64,000 bases of DNA from Biomphalaria glabrata (GCF_947242115.1 NC_074716.1:24112637-24176636), one strand, 5' to 3'. Numbered from the stretch's first letter, positions 48,826 to 61,240 are shown. Numbers and translations: made by a program. Notes: a model not told the origin generated them from the letters alone.

Positions 48826-48980
48826 CTATCCATGGAAGATCTGATTAAATCTTCAACGTCTTGTCTCTCACTGTTAGCCAACTGTCTGATCTGACATCTA
48901 AGAGCAGCATACTTGGCGTCTGTGAAACTTCTTTCCTGAAAGTTGGTCATCTCACTTGCCGAGATCATGTCTTTCACCAA
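48826..48980 (-). CDS. PARP4: PARP4-like exon 8: LVKDMISASEMTNFQERSFTDAKYAALRCQIRQLANSERQDVEDLIRSSMD
   Basis: Acceptor gtgttcag|TTG, donor GATAG|gtaagtt. Human 'LIRDMVNVCETNLSKPNPPSLAKYRALRCKIEHVEQ'. Ends phase 2. Confidence 0.7.
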
Positions 48981-49073
48981 CTGAACACATGCAAAGAAAA
49001 ATTTATAGATAAAAGTTATAAATAAAAACTAAACTAGAACATAAATGTTTTTAAAGCTCTAATAAAAGCAAAA

Positions 49074-49139
<66 letters not shown>

Positions 49140-49143
<4 letters not shown>

Positions 49144-49625
49144 TTACGATCTTCTCTACCAGGCCTTCTGTAAACACTGCTAAACACAAAGCACATCTAA
49201 CACAAGAACTTGACAACAAGATTTTCAAGTAACAATGTGGCGGTTTAATGACAAATACATCAACAGCCAATAAAACACTATTGGCTTCACAAACTTCAAA
49301 TGCTTTAACACAATAGAACTCCTAAATAAACACTACAAGTTTCTCTTTCCACTCCTGGACTCGTACAGCTACATTTTCAAGGACTCACATTCTACCGCAC
49401 AGCCATTACTGACTTACTGTCCTGGACTCAACAGTCCTTTCTTACACATTGTCTCTCAACCATAAAAGCTTTCGATTAAATGACCATAACACTGGTCATA
49501 TTTGCGTGTACTAGCAGTAATGTCCCTTGTTCAACAACCATGACCTCTGTGATTCCCCTTAGTCTCGTGTGTCAGTAGGTCACACACACTTTAACCCTAT
49601 CAGTCCACCACTGGAGTTACAACAA
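49140..49625 (+). mobile_element. MITE-like repeat of about 490 bp, copy 1, adjacent to (TA)n
   Basis: About 75% identical to 63030-63535 (ctaccaggccttctgtaaac.ctgct.aacacaa...gaccataacac.ggtcatatttg...gtcacacaca.tttaacccta.cagtccaccactggag). Short inverted termini ttgttac.../...gttacaacaa. Confidence 0.6.
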
Positions 49626-50012
49626 TATATATATAATAATTGCTTTAATAAAGCCACTAAAAACCTTGATGTCATCTTTTAACTAAGTAGACCATGTGCT
49701 GAATATCTTATCTACTGGAGAAGGTTGTCTCATGTTTAAGCTGTCTTAATTTAATAGGTATATATAAAAAGTATTCACTAAAGTAATACAATTAAAAAAA
49801 TGATAAAGGTTATATATATATATTTTTCAAGCCTTTGTCAGAAATTATCAACCTAAAAACACTAAGTCTAAATGAATAGATCAGAGGAGGGTGCATAACT
49901 TTTGATAGTAGGGTGAAATGCCAAGTAATAACAATGCTAATTTGACATTTTTATTGTATTATATTGTGATAAATTGTATGTCTGTTACAAGCTTAATTAG
50001 TCAGCCATTTAC

Positions 50013-50195
50013 CTGGCACATGTCCTGTTTCTGAACACACCATTTTTTCCTTTCAGACTCTTTGATGTCTGTATTTTCATTTCTGTGTTTCAATATGGAA
50101 TAAAATTCTGAAATGAGGGACTGAATTTTAGAGTCTGAAGCTGAAACCTTCATAGCCTCTCGGATTTTAACAAGAATGGCTTCTGCTTTTTCAAC
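50013..50195 (-). CDS. PARP4: PARP4-like exon 7 (PARP helical/regulatory): VEKAEAILVKIREAMKVSASDSKIQSLISEFYSILKHRNENTDIKESERKKWCVQKQDMCQ
   Basis: Acceptor tataatag|GTT, donor CAG|gtaaat. Human 'VSKAEGILLLVKAALKNGETAEQLQKMMTEFYRLIPHKG...ADLCQ'. 183 bp. Confidence 0.7.
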
Positions 50196-50689
50196 CTATT
50201 ATAGGACAAAAAAAGGCTATTATAATTTTTACAAATAAGATCTTCTAAGAGTGAATTTATTAAAATGCAAAGCCAATAAGCTTTTAGCTTTAACAAATAA
50301 TTACCACTTTAAAAGCTACCATAGTTCAGTGAAAGTACCCACACAGACACTCCCATACATGCATGCATACATACATATAATTCTATAGAACGCCTAGGCA
50401 AAGAATCCCAAAAACAGAATACCCACAAAACTTACACTTTGACTAAGTCAAGAAATCTTTCTTCTTATATATTATCTTATATATTACAGACGTTATTTCA
50501 AAAAAGAAGATAATTATGTCCTACGCATTTGGTGTGTCAATCTAGTCATGCTTGTAAATCAATGACTTAAACTCTGCTAAGTTGTTAGTTTTCCTGGCTG
50601 ATTCAGGCAACCCATTCCATTCTCAAATGGCACTAGAAGAAATAAATGTGATAAAGCAAATCCTGCTACTGTGAAGGTCCTTATACTGA

Positions 50690-50824
50690 CCTGCTCTAGA
50701 CGAATGCTACTTAATTCACCCAAAAGTGTTGTAATCTCAGACATTGCTTCCTGCCAGATGTGTTCAACCAGTTCCTTAACATCAGCACTGCAGCCAACAT
50801 TCAATTGTGAAGATTGTGCCATCA
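50690..50824 (-). CDS. PARP4: PARP4-like exon 6: LMAQSSQLNVGCSADVKELVEHIWQEAMSEITTLLGELSSIRLEQ
   Basis: Acceptor ttgttcag|TTG, donor GAGCAG|gtcagt. Strong match to human 'VSDLVEMIWAEALGHLEHML'. 135 bp. Confidence 0.75.
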
Positions 50825-51326
50825 ACTGAACAATAACACAAGAAATATATTAATTAAGGTAAAAACAAAAATTTAAACTACTATTTTTTTTTTACTCTAC
50901 TGATATCTAAAATGCATTGATTTTGGAGATGTAGAACTATTGAAATAAAGCTATACACTAATGTAGTAGAAAAACAAACATTAGTTGTTTTATTTATATT
51001 TTAAGTGATATTTCGTTTTTACAATATATTGCATGGTACTATTAATAACATCCAAGAGCATAAGCTTCTGGGTTCAAATTGGCTAATATTAAATTAGTTG
51101 ATTAGGATAATAAATCTACTTTAGATAAAAAAAAGTTAAACAAAAATGTGTTCTTCTCATCTTCAGAGTTTTCTGTTTACCAGTTTTGTGGTCAGTTTGT
51201 TAACTAAGTGAAAACAAAATTAATTTTGTCTAAAACACAAAAAAAAGTGTAAAAATTTAGGATGCAAGGAAAAGAGTATAAAATCAATTTCTAACTAAAT
51301 ATTTCTACAGATTAAGACAGAAATCT

Positions 51327-51360
<34 letters not shown>

Positions 51361-51501
51361 TATGTATTATCATAAAGAGGACAAAGCATGTTGTTAGTGT
51401 TACTTTGTATTTAACATAAGAGTTTATAAGCATTTTGAACTTATTTAGAAAGCCCATTGCTTGATGTTTCAAAAAATAGGAAATATAGAGTTTAAGCTTA
51501 C

Positions 51502-51657
51502 ACGCTGAAGTTTCAGAGAACCTACTCCACGAATAGGGCCAACTTGTTTTGTCAAATCTGGTTTCTTCTTTAGTTCTTCATAGAGCATTGAGAAACAAGC
51601 TAGAGCTTGTTCTGCTGTTGGTACATACCGAAATTCTGTATTACAAATGTTACCTTT
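51502..51657 (-). CDS. PARP4: PARP4-like exon 5: KGNICNTEFRYVPTAEQALACFSMLYEELKKKPDLTKQVGPIRGVGSLKLQR
   Basis: Acceptor tttttttccag|AAAGG, donor CGT|gtaagc. 156 bp, phase 0-0. Human 'EYFENYIEELKKQGF'. Confidence 0.6.
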
Positions 51658-51958
51658 CTGGAAAAAAATAATAAATGTTAATCAGAATAATTAGCATAAA
51701 AGTGTTGAAAAATATTTTCTTTATGTTAACCAGGTAGTTAATTAGGACCAACAGTAGATAGATAGCACAATGATTTGAATCTCAATTTTGTTTTTGGGTT
51801 GAGCCATCCTTTCATGATCACAAACTTTCATATCTAAAAAAAAACCCATGAAATTCATTGAAAATGTTTTAAAATTATTAATCAACTTTAAAAATGTGTC
51901 TACTAAAGCCTGCTATCAAATAAAAATAAAAATTTAGATACATATATCTGCATCTTAC

Positions 51959-52123
51959 TTCCAAATCTTTCATGTTTCCTTGCTGATAGACAATTCTATA
52001 TAAAGATGGGCCTTTATCATTTTCTTCCTCCATATTTTCAACTGAGGTTTTTTTTGATAAAAGAATGGATGAATGAAGCTCAACAATGTGAGCCACTTCA
52101 CTTTTTGACAGCTTGTTGTAACC
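51959..52123 (-). CDS. PARP4: PARP4-like exon 4: GYNKLSKSEVAHIVELHSSILLSKKTSVENMEEENDKGPSLYRIVYQQGNMKDLE
   Basis: Acceptor ttttttatag|GGT, donor GAA|gtaaga. 165 bp, phase 0-0. Resembles human 'EAVVVELQCS...'. Confidence 0.65.
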
Positions 52124-52517
52124 CTATAAAAAAAAAAAGAAATGAAATGAATACTACTTTAATGATTATGTTTAGATTTGATGGTAGATTTTAACATTGT
52201 TATTTCAGAAATAGTTACATAATAATATATTATTGGAACCTTTAAACATATTTTTAATATTTTTATTTATTTTCAAGATTTCTTTTTCTTAATTACTTTT
52301 AATGCTAGCAGTAGCAAACAAATACTTAGTGACAGAGGATTGAGAGGATTAAGGATTAGTCCCAGTGCAGGATCATCCTTGAGTGTTGTCCACAATGGTG
52401 ATGACAATTAATCAAAAAGGACACAACAAAGTGTTTTAAAAAAAAAAAAAAAAAACTGGAATAGAAGATTGATGGAGATACACATGCTATTTCAAATCAT
52501 TAAGCTAAATAACTTAC

Positions 52518-52663
52518 AAGAAAAATACAGAACTTTGCAACTTCATAGCTTTCTTCTTCAAAATAAGGCTGGGATTCATCTCCGTGATGCCAAATCTTCA
52601 CTGATTTTGGATTAAATGGGGCTTTGGAGGCAAATGATTTAGACTTCTCAGGTGGATTTAAAG
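52518..52663 (-). CDS. PARP4: PARP4-like exon 3: (A)LNPPEKSKSFASKAPFNPKSVKIWHHGDESQPYFEEESYEVAKFCIFL
   Basis: Acceptor atcatcag|CT, donor CTT|gtaagt. Phase 1 start matches exon 2. Human '...PQDFEVAKYNTLEK'. Confidence 0.65.
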
Positions 52664-53099
52664 CTGATGATAAAATTATGAACCAAATACTTTTTAATAA
52701 ATACATAAAGTGATATCTCTTTCATATAACTCTCTTCTTCATAAAAAAGAACTTATGCCACTGAGATTTGATAGGATTTTACTTGGGTGCTATGCTTCTA
52801 GCAGAAAAATAAAATGCATTTAACTTTACAGATAGACCAATAAAGTTTTTGAATGCAGCATAAAAATTGTTACTGTCCTTAAAAACTCAGAACTTTTAAT
52901 TTGTATCCATATGCTCTACAACTAAAGCCTCCATTTTTCCTCCATAAGAAATGCCACTTGTTAATTTGAAACAATTCCTTCTTTCTGAGCTGTCTCGGAT
53001 GAAAATTTGAAGGAAGTCACTCTAGAGGTGTCATGAAAATATATATAACTATGACTGGCTGTATTTAAAACCAATTCACTTTTTTAAACAAATGCTTAC

Positions 53100-53298
53100 C
53101 TGAAATTTTTCCAGACTTGAAATCTAAAAATTTGCTCTTTCCTCCAACAATATAAGACTCTGTAGGCAAAAGTTTCTCAGCTTGTAAACAGTCCCAGATG
53201 TAATCCAGATTGAGAACTGGTAGACCATATTTGGAGGCCATTCTACATTTTGTTGACAGCTGGCATTTTTCAGGATCACTTGTTACAACAAAATGGCA
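53100..53298 (-). CDS. PARP4: PARP4-like exon 2 (BRCT): CHFVVTSDPEKCQLSTKCRMASKYGLPVLNLDYIWDCLQAEKLLPTESYIVGGKSKFLDFKSGKIS
   Basis: Acceptor catttcag|TGCC, donor CAG|gtaagc. Matches human 'CTHIILDNADVLSQYQLNSIQKNHVHIANPDFIWKSIREKRLL'. 199 bp, ends phase 1. Confidence 0.75.
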
Positions 53299-54464
53299 CT
53301 GAAATGTTGAATTAAAACTAAATAAAACTTAGCTTAAGACTGCATAAATTACAAATACTTGTAGGCTAACATAATGAATGTGTATTAATAAATACCTAGT
53401 AATTGAACTTCAGTTTCATTGCCCCCTTCCACTCAATAAGATCCCTAATAAAACGCAAGCATTAAGTATATTTAGATTATTTTTATCCTAAAAAAAATTA
53501 GAACAAGGGGCTTGGTTCTTAATCTAGCAGAGGTCAGAAGTAAACATTCCTCAGTCCACCAAGATTTGTTGTAAAACCTAGATAGATTTGGCATGTAAAG
53601 AAAAAAGGTTACTTTGCTGTCTGGGGTGTTAATTGCTTATCAACCAGTTCTGAAAGAGATTAAGACTGAAAAGACCTTCTAAGATTTGTAGGTAAACTTT
53701 TTTTTATATGGACATGAATAAAGCCTTGTAGGTGTGAAAAGAGAGAAATCTCTGATCAAATTATCATTACCACAAATCTTATGTTATGTCATCTGCATCT
53801 AATTTTCTGTGGTTGATTTGAAACATAGCATTAAGCAAAATCACAAGCTTTTTTTTAGTACATTTAGATTATTTTTATCCTAAAAAAAATTAGAACAAGG
53901 AGCTTGGTTCTTAATCTAGCAGAATCTGCTAAAAAAAATGTTGCTAAGGAACTGCATTTAGAATTTGTGATTATAATTTGGCTGAAAATCCATTGAAGAT
54001 GCAAGTAGTCATGGTTTTAGGGGTGACTATGCAGAACAACACACATAGTCTACTTAACTGCCCTATAAATCAAAATGTCTTATAAGAGATCTAAATTTAC
54101 TTTTAAAAAATACCACTAATGTAACTGCTGTTTCTGAGTAAGTATTGAACATTTGAAACACAGAAGATGTGAAAAAAAAATTCACAGCTTTCTCTACAAT
54201 CAATATAGTGGGGAAAAAAAACTTGCTGTAGGTCCTCTTTTAATAATTAAAGTGTTGATTGCAGAAGTCTGCACTACTTTGTTTTGTGGAGAGGTACCCA
54301 TTGAAAATGAGAAAAGAGTGTTCCAAGGATGTGATGATCAAAAGTGGTATTCTCAGAGGTCAGTCAAAATAATTTAAAGTTATCTCACACTATTTCTCTG
54401 TGGCACAGACTGTACAAGAGCCTACAATTTAGAGCATCAAAATAAAGTGTTAAATTCAGAAAGT

Positions 54465-54650
54465 TCTTGTTCAAAATAAATTTAGTGTTTATGTGAATGA
54501 ACAAAGTGAGTCACTTAGTTTCAGAAAGTTCTTGTTCAAAATAAATTTGGTGTTTATGTGAATAAACAAAAAGAGTCACTTAGTTTCAGAAAGTTCTTGT
54601 TCAAAATAAATTTGGTGTATATGTCAATGGACAAAGTGAATTACCTTCTT
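54465..54650. repeat. Roughly 60-bp tandem repeat x3 in PARP4 intron 1
   Basis: ttcagaaagttcttgttcaaaataaatttggtgtttatgtgaat.aacaaa..gagtcacttagt repeated. Confidence 0.8.
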
Positions 54651-54773
54651 TGTAACAATAAAACTGATGATGCCTCCATTTTCAACAATCTTCTTACGCA
54701 TCTCTAATTTTTTCTTAAAGCCTAGATTGTAACCAAAATCAGCAGCTATTTGAATTCCTTTGAATATAGCCAT
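54645..54773 (-). CDS. PARP4: PARP4-like exon 1 (start codon, BRCT N-term): MAIFKGIQIAADFGYNLGFKKKLEMRKKIVENGGIISFIVTKK
   Basis: ATG in good Kozak context (acaaaaATGG). Aligns to human PARP4 N-terminus (...KKKLQTDIKENGGKFSFSL). Donor AAG|gtaattcac. Phase 0 end. Confidence 0.7.
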
Positions 54774-55039
54774 TTTTGTTTTATGCAACTGTGAATATGT
54801 AAAATATTTTATTAAATAAAGAAAGAATAATATTAATAATATTATTAATAGATCTATGACTACTCAGTTCAGTTCAAACTCAGTACTATATCTAGATCTA
54901 GGAGATGAGCAAGCAGTAGCTATTGAGTTTCATGACTTTGTAAGGTTGTCTTCCTTTTTGAGGTAGTGTCATCTGACTGGCAGGCATTGAACTAATTTGT
55001 AAAAATGTCCAACTTTAATTCTTTTGTTTACTGTAAAGA

Positions 55040-55630
55040 CAAATATTGTCTCCTTCCTCTGCCTCCTAGCCATTAACTTCATAATGAGGAAAGCAATGAA
55101 TCAGACTGACTTCAGTATTCCATGGCATGAACAGAATCGAATGATGGACTTGGACTAGAACTAGCCATTAACTTCATAATGAGGAAAGCAATGAATCAGA
55201 CTGACTTCAGTATTCCATGGCATGAACAGAATCGAATGATGGACTTGGACTAGAACTAGCCATTAACTTCATAATAAGGAAAGCAATGAATCAGACTGAC
55301 TTCAGTATTCCATGGCTGAACAGAATCGAATGATGGACTTGGACTAGAACTAGCCATTAACTTCATAATGAGGAAAGCAATGAATCAGACTGACTTCAGT
55401 ATTCCATGGCATGAACAGAATCGAATGATGGACTTGGACTAGAACTAGCCATTAACTTCATAATGAGGAAAGCAATGAATCAGACTGACTTCAGTATTCC
55501 ATGGCATGAACAGAATCGAATGATGGACTTGGACTAGAACTAGCCATTAACTTCATAATGAGGAAAGCAATGAATCAGACTGACTTCAGTATTCCATGGC
55601 ATGAACAGAATCGAATGATGGACTTGGACT
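55040..55630. repeat. 119-bp tandem repeat of about 5 units, roughly 270-860 bp upstream of the PARP4 ATG
   Basis: Unit ctagccattaacttcataatgaggaaagcaatgaatcagactgacttcagtattccatggcatgaacagaatcgaatgatggacttggactagaa repeated head-to-tail. Confidence 0.85.
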
Positions 55631-57044
55631 TCGCTGATGATGTTGCACACTTCCAATGGCTGCCTGGTCATCTGGTATGCACATACTGGACTGTTGTTTG
55701 GTTGTCTTGATGTTCCTGAGTTAATTTCCTGCCCATGCCTTCCCCTATTGTCCTGTGGGAGGTTTGGAGTAGGGTTAGGGTTAGCGAGTTTGGAGTAGGA
55801 AGTAGATCTAAATTATCTTCAACTCTGAAGGTACATCCAAAAACATGCAAAACAAAAACAAACAAGAAATGATGGAGAGCCTAGATAGAGTACAGTGGCA
55901 CTGAAAAAAATCCCATAACTTGATTAAAACTAAAATTGTGCAAGTGGGATATAAGGCTAAGAGTGCCCCCATCTGAATCAGAGCTTGAAGAGTTGGATAA
56001 GTTCACACACTGACTGAGGCAGCATAATATAAAACTCACTATAGGAGTATGGTGCATAAAATTTAAAAATATGATTTAAGTATCGGTATGATGATAATGA
56101 TAAAAAATGATACTTGATTATAGATCTATCTACATCTATGATCTAGTTGATACTTCGTTATTACTTGACATACTGTCACTAGTGTCACATACTATGATAC
56201 TTGTTTGTAACTTGTATCTACAGTCTGCACAGATCCAGATTGTCCAGATCTCATCTGACTCATCTGTCTCTTTCTACTAAACTAATTCTACTGGCTAGAT
56301 CAGATCTATACTCACTTGATCTAGACTCAATTAATATAGATCGTGAATGTATCGATTGGAAGAGTTAGAATATATCTAGATATATTTATATAAATGCAGG
56401 AAGGAAAGATGATTATAATGGATAAGGGTTTTTGCGTGAATCCTAAAATAGAAACTGAGTCGCTGAATTTCTGTTTACATGATTGGACTATTGTTGTTTC
56501 CAACTGGTGAGATTCCTGAATGAACGGATTCATTTCACTTGTCTATATATTTTTCTTCATAAAAAAAATAATGTGTCTGTGATAGTTCTATTTTTAAAAA
56601 TCTCATTAAAATTTATTTATTTTTAAATTAAATCACATGCTGACAACAGTATATTCTTGTTAATATTGTAAATATAGAAAGTCACGAGAAAATAATATAA
56701 ATATTTATACAGATCTAGACGATTTATTTTAAATCGCTTCGCATTATCATGATTATAGAATTTCCGTTCGTACAACATGATTATATATAGGAATTCCCTG
56801 AACAAGACCTGTAAAGGCACGTGACACCGCCCTCCCCCATCTCTCTCTCTCCCTCTCTCTTGTTAACTGCGTTAGGGACCCTTAATTAATTAGTTTTACA
56901 TTTTTCGGATTTTGATATGAAGCGTCATTTGATGTCAATAGTTTAGTAATAAGTTTAGATCTAAAGTCTAAAATCTTATTCTATACGCTAGAACAAATTC
57001 GTAAACTACAGGTGCTCACTGCTCCTTCTTATATTATACCAAGT

Positions 57045-57245
57045 GTCATTAGAGAATGGAATGGGTTGCCCGAATCAGCATCAGCCAGGACATGCACGCA
57101 GAGTTTAAGTCATTGATTAACATACATGATATTAAGATTGACATGCGTAGGACGTAATAATTATTATTTTTTATTTTTATTTATTTAGGCCTATTTATTT
57201 TTAAATAACGTCTGTAATGTAGACTATAAAAGATAATTTAGACCA
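57045..57245 (+). mobile_element. LINE 3' tail fragment (same family)
   Basis: ...VIREWNGLPESASARTC... followed by acgtctgtaatgtagactataaaagataattt. Confidence 0.65.
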
Positions 57246-57299
57246 AACCTCCCGCAGGTCTCCGGGGTTGAACGACACGTATGGCCTACAACTAGTCAT

Positions 57300-57990
57300 T
57301 TAAACTGGAAGTGTGCTCAAACCAATAAAGATTGAAACTTGTCAGGAATATAGAGTCTATTATAGAGACAATTTGTTGTCACTGCCTTCACACTTGTATA
57401 CTTCACTGTGTATACGGTCCAGTAAACTGAAACAGGATACTGAATTGATTTCAGCCTCAGCATCCCGAATTTCTGCCAAACTCTGAGACTTGTTCGAGCA
57501 GACAAAAGAATTGAGATGATGTCAATGAAATAGAATACCACAGAATTAGTAGGCCCTACCCCGTCATTATCCATGACAACGAATCTTAACATTTTGGGAA
57601 AATTTATCAAGTTATGAGATGTCAGGTGTACTGTCAAAATAAAATCGAGAAATATTTGGCTCGTAATCACCCAATATTACACTAAGTACGTTTGTATGTG
57701 TGAAGTGACTAGCTTGGTTAAAAATCCGAGCTCACGTTCTCTCACGGGTGGATCATACTTGAATAGCCATTTCACAAACTTCTAGAAATTACCTAGATTT
57801 TGCCTTTGGAATTCTTCTTCGACTTGTTCACGATGCCCATTGAGTGCCAGATTCTGCTTTGATAGAAGCTTTGATAGCCAAGATTCTTTTCAGGTAGCAC
57901 TATCAGATTTGTTGTTTTACAGAGAAGATTTATCCTTTAGCACATTGCTAGCTACGCCTCTGGAATTAGCCTACGCCAGCCAAGGGCTAG
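57300..57990. mobile_element. Degenerate partial copy of the 32454-33891 element interior
   Basis: 57380-57640 aligns to 33400-33620 (ctgtgta.acggtccagt...gatttcagc.tcagc...gatgatgtcaatgaaa...ttatccatgacaa). TIR-like ggcgtagctagc is in reverse orientation near 57944-57955. Confidence 0.5.
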
Positions 57991-59344
57991 CTCTCTTTTT
58001 TTAAATAACCAAATATGGAATATATTCTTGTTTTACGGTTAAACAAATTGACCTGCAAAGAAAAGTCCTAAATTGTCTACAAAAAAAAAAAAAAAACAAC
58101 GAAAGCCCTTATAATTACGATGGTGCCTTCGTCATATAAGTAGACAGAACCACAAATTTAAACACCATAAGCAGTGTTCGTGAAGTGGAAGGTTTCTATG
58201 ATTTGATGCAAAATGTGTAGGCTTTGTGTGTTTTTCATCGCATATCACATAAGCGATTCTGTGACTCAATAGAACGAGTTTGATCTATAGGACACTCTAT
58301 AGGACACTCTATAGGACACTCGACCAGCGTAATGTCTTACAACATGGTCGTCAATTAATGGTGGTCTAAAAGCATTACGATTTACATATTTATTTTGTGT
58401 TCTCCAAGTTATTCTGCTTATTGTCCATATTGTCCAGTCCAAAAGTTCGAGCACAAATATCGTCAAAATGTTGAAAACTCAGCTACACAATCTAGCCTAT
58501 ATAAATGTTTGAGTCAACTGAAAAAAAAAACTCAAGCCCTCACTCTAATGGAGTTTGATGATGATGATGATACTAGGCTACTATATACCCCAAAAATACA
58601 AAACGAATTCTTGAAATATCACGTTAAAAACATATCATACAGACTGAATATTTCTCAAATGTTTTGGACAGTAGGCCTATACGTATGATATCCCAAATCT
58701 GAGTCAAGCTTTCTCAATTTTACGGTACGTTGTCATGGATAATGACCGGGTACACGTTCGTAAGTTTTTCATTGACTTCATCAACACTAATTCAGGCATG
58801 ACGCTGGAATCTCAACATCGATCTAGGATAAGGTGACCAGACGTCCCGACTTAGGCGTGACAGACCCGCTTTGGACCGCCTGTCATTAGAGTCACGCTTT
58901 TCACAAAATGTCCGGGCGGGTCGGCAAATATCATAAAAAAGACATCTTTGAAAACTCTAATGCTGAATTGTGGTTGTAACAACAATATTCCATGCAGCAG
59001 TTCTGTTTATTTAGGGAAATTTATGTCAGCACTCCTAAAGTAGCATATCTTCTACCATTGCTTCAGACATGCACGGAAAAAAAGCATGCATCCTCTGTTT
59101 GGGACCCCTCAACTCAAGAAAACATTAAGAAACTGGAACAGACACAAAATAGAGCAGTGAGATTCATAACAAACGAATATTCACATTTGACTAAAGTAAT
59201 TATATACACCTTTGAATTAGTAAAATCCCTAAATTTAGAAAGCCTTCGGACAGAAGACTCAAAAGTAAAGTAGCAATCATACATAAAACACTGAACCATA
59301 ATCTTCAAATACAAAAACAAAATTTAATAAAATACCCAGAAAGA

Positions 59345-59565
59345 CACGCAAAGATAAAGGCACATTCCTCATCCCATATGCTAGTGCTATTAGAGCGTGG
59401 AATGGGCTGCCTGAGCTAGCCAGGCAAACCAGTGACTTGGCAGAATTTAAGTCAGTGGTTAATAACTTAATATGCATATGACTGAGTGCATGATGCGTAA
59501 GACGTAATCATCTTCTTTTTTGAAGTAACGTCTGTATTGTATAAGATAAGATAACGCCAAAGAAG
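59345..59565 (+). mobile_element. LINE 3' tail fragment (same family)
   Basis: FLIPYASAIRAWNGLPELARQTSDLAEFKSVVNNLICI* followed by gtaacgtctgtattgtataagataagata. Confidence 0.7.
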
Positions 59566-59654
59566 TTAAACGGGACGACCGTTTTGGGGATGGAGGTTTT
59601 TGTCTGAGGATCAGACTGACCTTAGGGGTTTAATTAGATTATAAGTTATTAATC

Positions 59655-59663
59655 GGACAAAAG

Positions 59664-59729
<66 letters not shown>
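59655..59729. repeat. (TA)n microsatellite. Others at 49075-49140 and 51325-51358.
   Basis: Direct reading. Confidence 0.9.
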
Positions 59730-59731
<2 letters not shown>

Positions 59732-59874
59732 TGGGCGTAGCCAGGGGGGCTTTTGGGGGTTCAAACCGCCCCCCCCCGAAATGATATCCCCCCTGAGGGG
59801 GGGGGGGGGGAGACGGACTTTAGTGACTGATTTTTTGCTTTGATTTTCTTTATTTTAGGTGAGATTTTAATACT

Positions 59875-60250
59875 AAGCCATCACTTGCCCCAGCGCAGCC
59901 AAAGGGGTTTTGAGTTTAAAACCCCTACCATGGGGTTTTGAGTTTGAAACCCCCTAACAAGGGGTTTTGAGTTTGAAACCCCCTACCACGGGGGGGGGGG
60001 GAAGACGCACTTTAGTGACATGTTTTTTGCTTTGATTTTGTTAATTTTAGGTGAAATTTTAATACTAAACCATCATTTGCCCCAGCACAGCTAAAGGGGT
60101 TTTGAGTTTAAAACCCCTACCAGGGGGGTTAGAGTTTAAAACCTCTACCAGGGGGTTTTGAGTTTAAAACCCCTAACAGGGGGTTTTGAGTTTAAAACCC
60201 CCTACCAGGGGTTTTGAGTTTGAAACCCCCCTACCAGGGTTTTTTGTAGT
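59875..60250. repeat. Roughly 30-bp tandem array (ggggttttgagtttaaaacccctaccagg)n plus a roughly 140-bp higher-order duplication
   Basis: Direct reading. Lies inside the 59730-61774 element. Confidence 0.8.
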
Positions 60251-61080
60251 TAAATCCCCTTCTTCTATAAAACAAAACACACAAAAAATGCAAACGATAA
60301 TCCCCAAATTCCAAGTGCACAGTTAAGGAAGATTTTGATTTAAAAACCCCCTCCAAAATTTACGATAGACCCCCTCTTCAATATGAAAAAAAAGCAAATT
60401 ATGCACTCAAAATGTTATGAGCGCTGCTAAATGGGTTTTGACTCAGTTTTAAGTTTTAACTCCCCTCCAGTGGAGTTTGAAGCAAAAAATACTATCAATA
60501 ATAAAAAAAAAAAGCAAATTACACACTCTAAAATCTAAGAGCGTAGCCATATGGGTTTTGAGTTTAAACCCCCCGCCAGCGGGGTTTGAAGTTAAAAAAT
60601 ACATCTTCATGTAAAAAAAAAAGCAAATTACACCCTAAAATTATTTGAGCGTAGCCAAGCGAATTGGGGGTTTTGAGTTTAAACTCCTTTTCTCCAGATG
60701 GTTTTGAGTTTAAAATCCCCCTACAGAGCGTTGTGAGGTGGAAAACCTCTATCTTCAATATTACTCTAAAGCAAACTACAGTTACCAAATTATATGATCG
60801 TAGCTAAATTGGGTTTTGAATTTAAAAAACAACAATAAAGTCCTGAGATTTTTAGTTTAAAACCTCTAACAGATGATTTTGACGATAAAACTTCACTTTT
60901 CGATATAAAATCTAAAGCAAACTACAGTCACCCAATTCCAAGAGCGTATCCAAGAGAGGTTACACATTTCTACCAGTGGCGGGGTTCCATTAATAATGTG
61001 CAGTGAATAGTCATCTGCCGAAATTGAAAAACACTAAATGTGGCTCAAAAAAGATGGCTAAGAGAGATTTTAGGAGTTAG

Positions 61081-61240
61081 TTATTGAGATCGGGTCTTAA
61101 TCAAGGAAATCCTCAGCCGAACTGGGAGTCGACCCCTTAGTAAAATTGTGACAGAGCGTCGCATGAGGTTTGCGGGACATGTTCTCCGACAAAATAAATT
61201 ACGCATAATAAGAGTTGCGATAACATCCTAGTACAACTTT
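61081..61240 (+). mobile_element. RTE-type LINE ORF2 fragment: DRVLIKEILSRTGSRPLSKIVTERRMRFAGHVLRQNKLRIIRVAIT
   Basis: Classic RTE/BovB-like conserved block (..RRLRW.GHVLRM..). Lies inside the TIR-bounded composite element 59730-61774. Confidence 0.65.
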
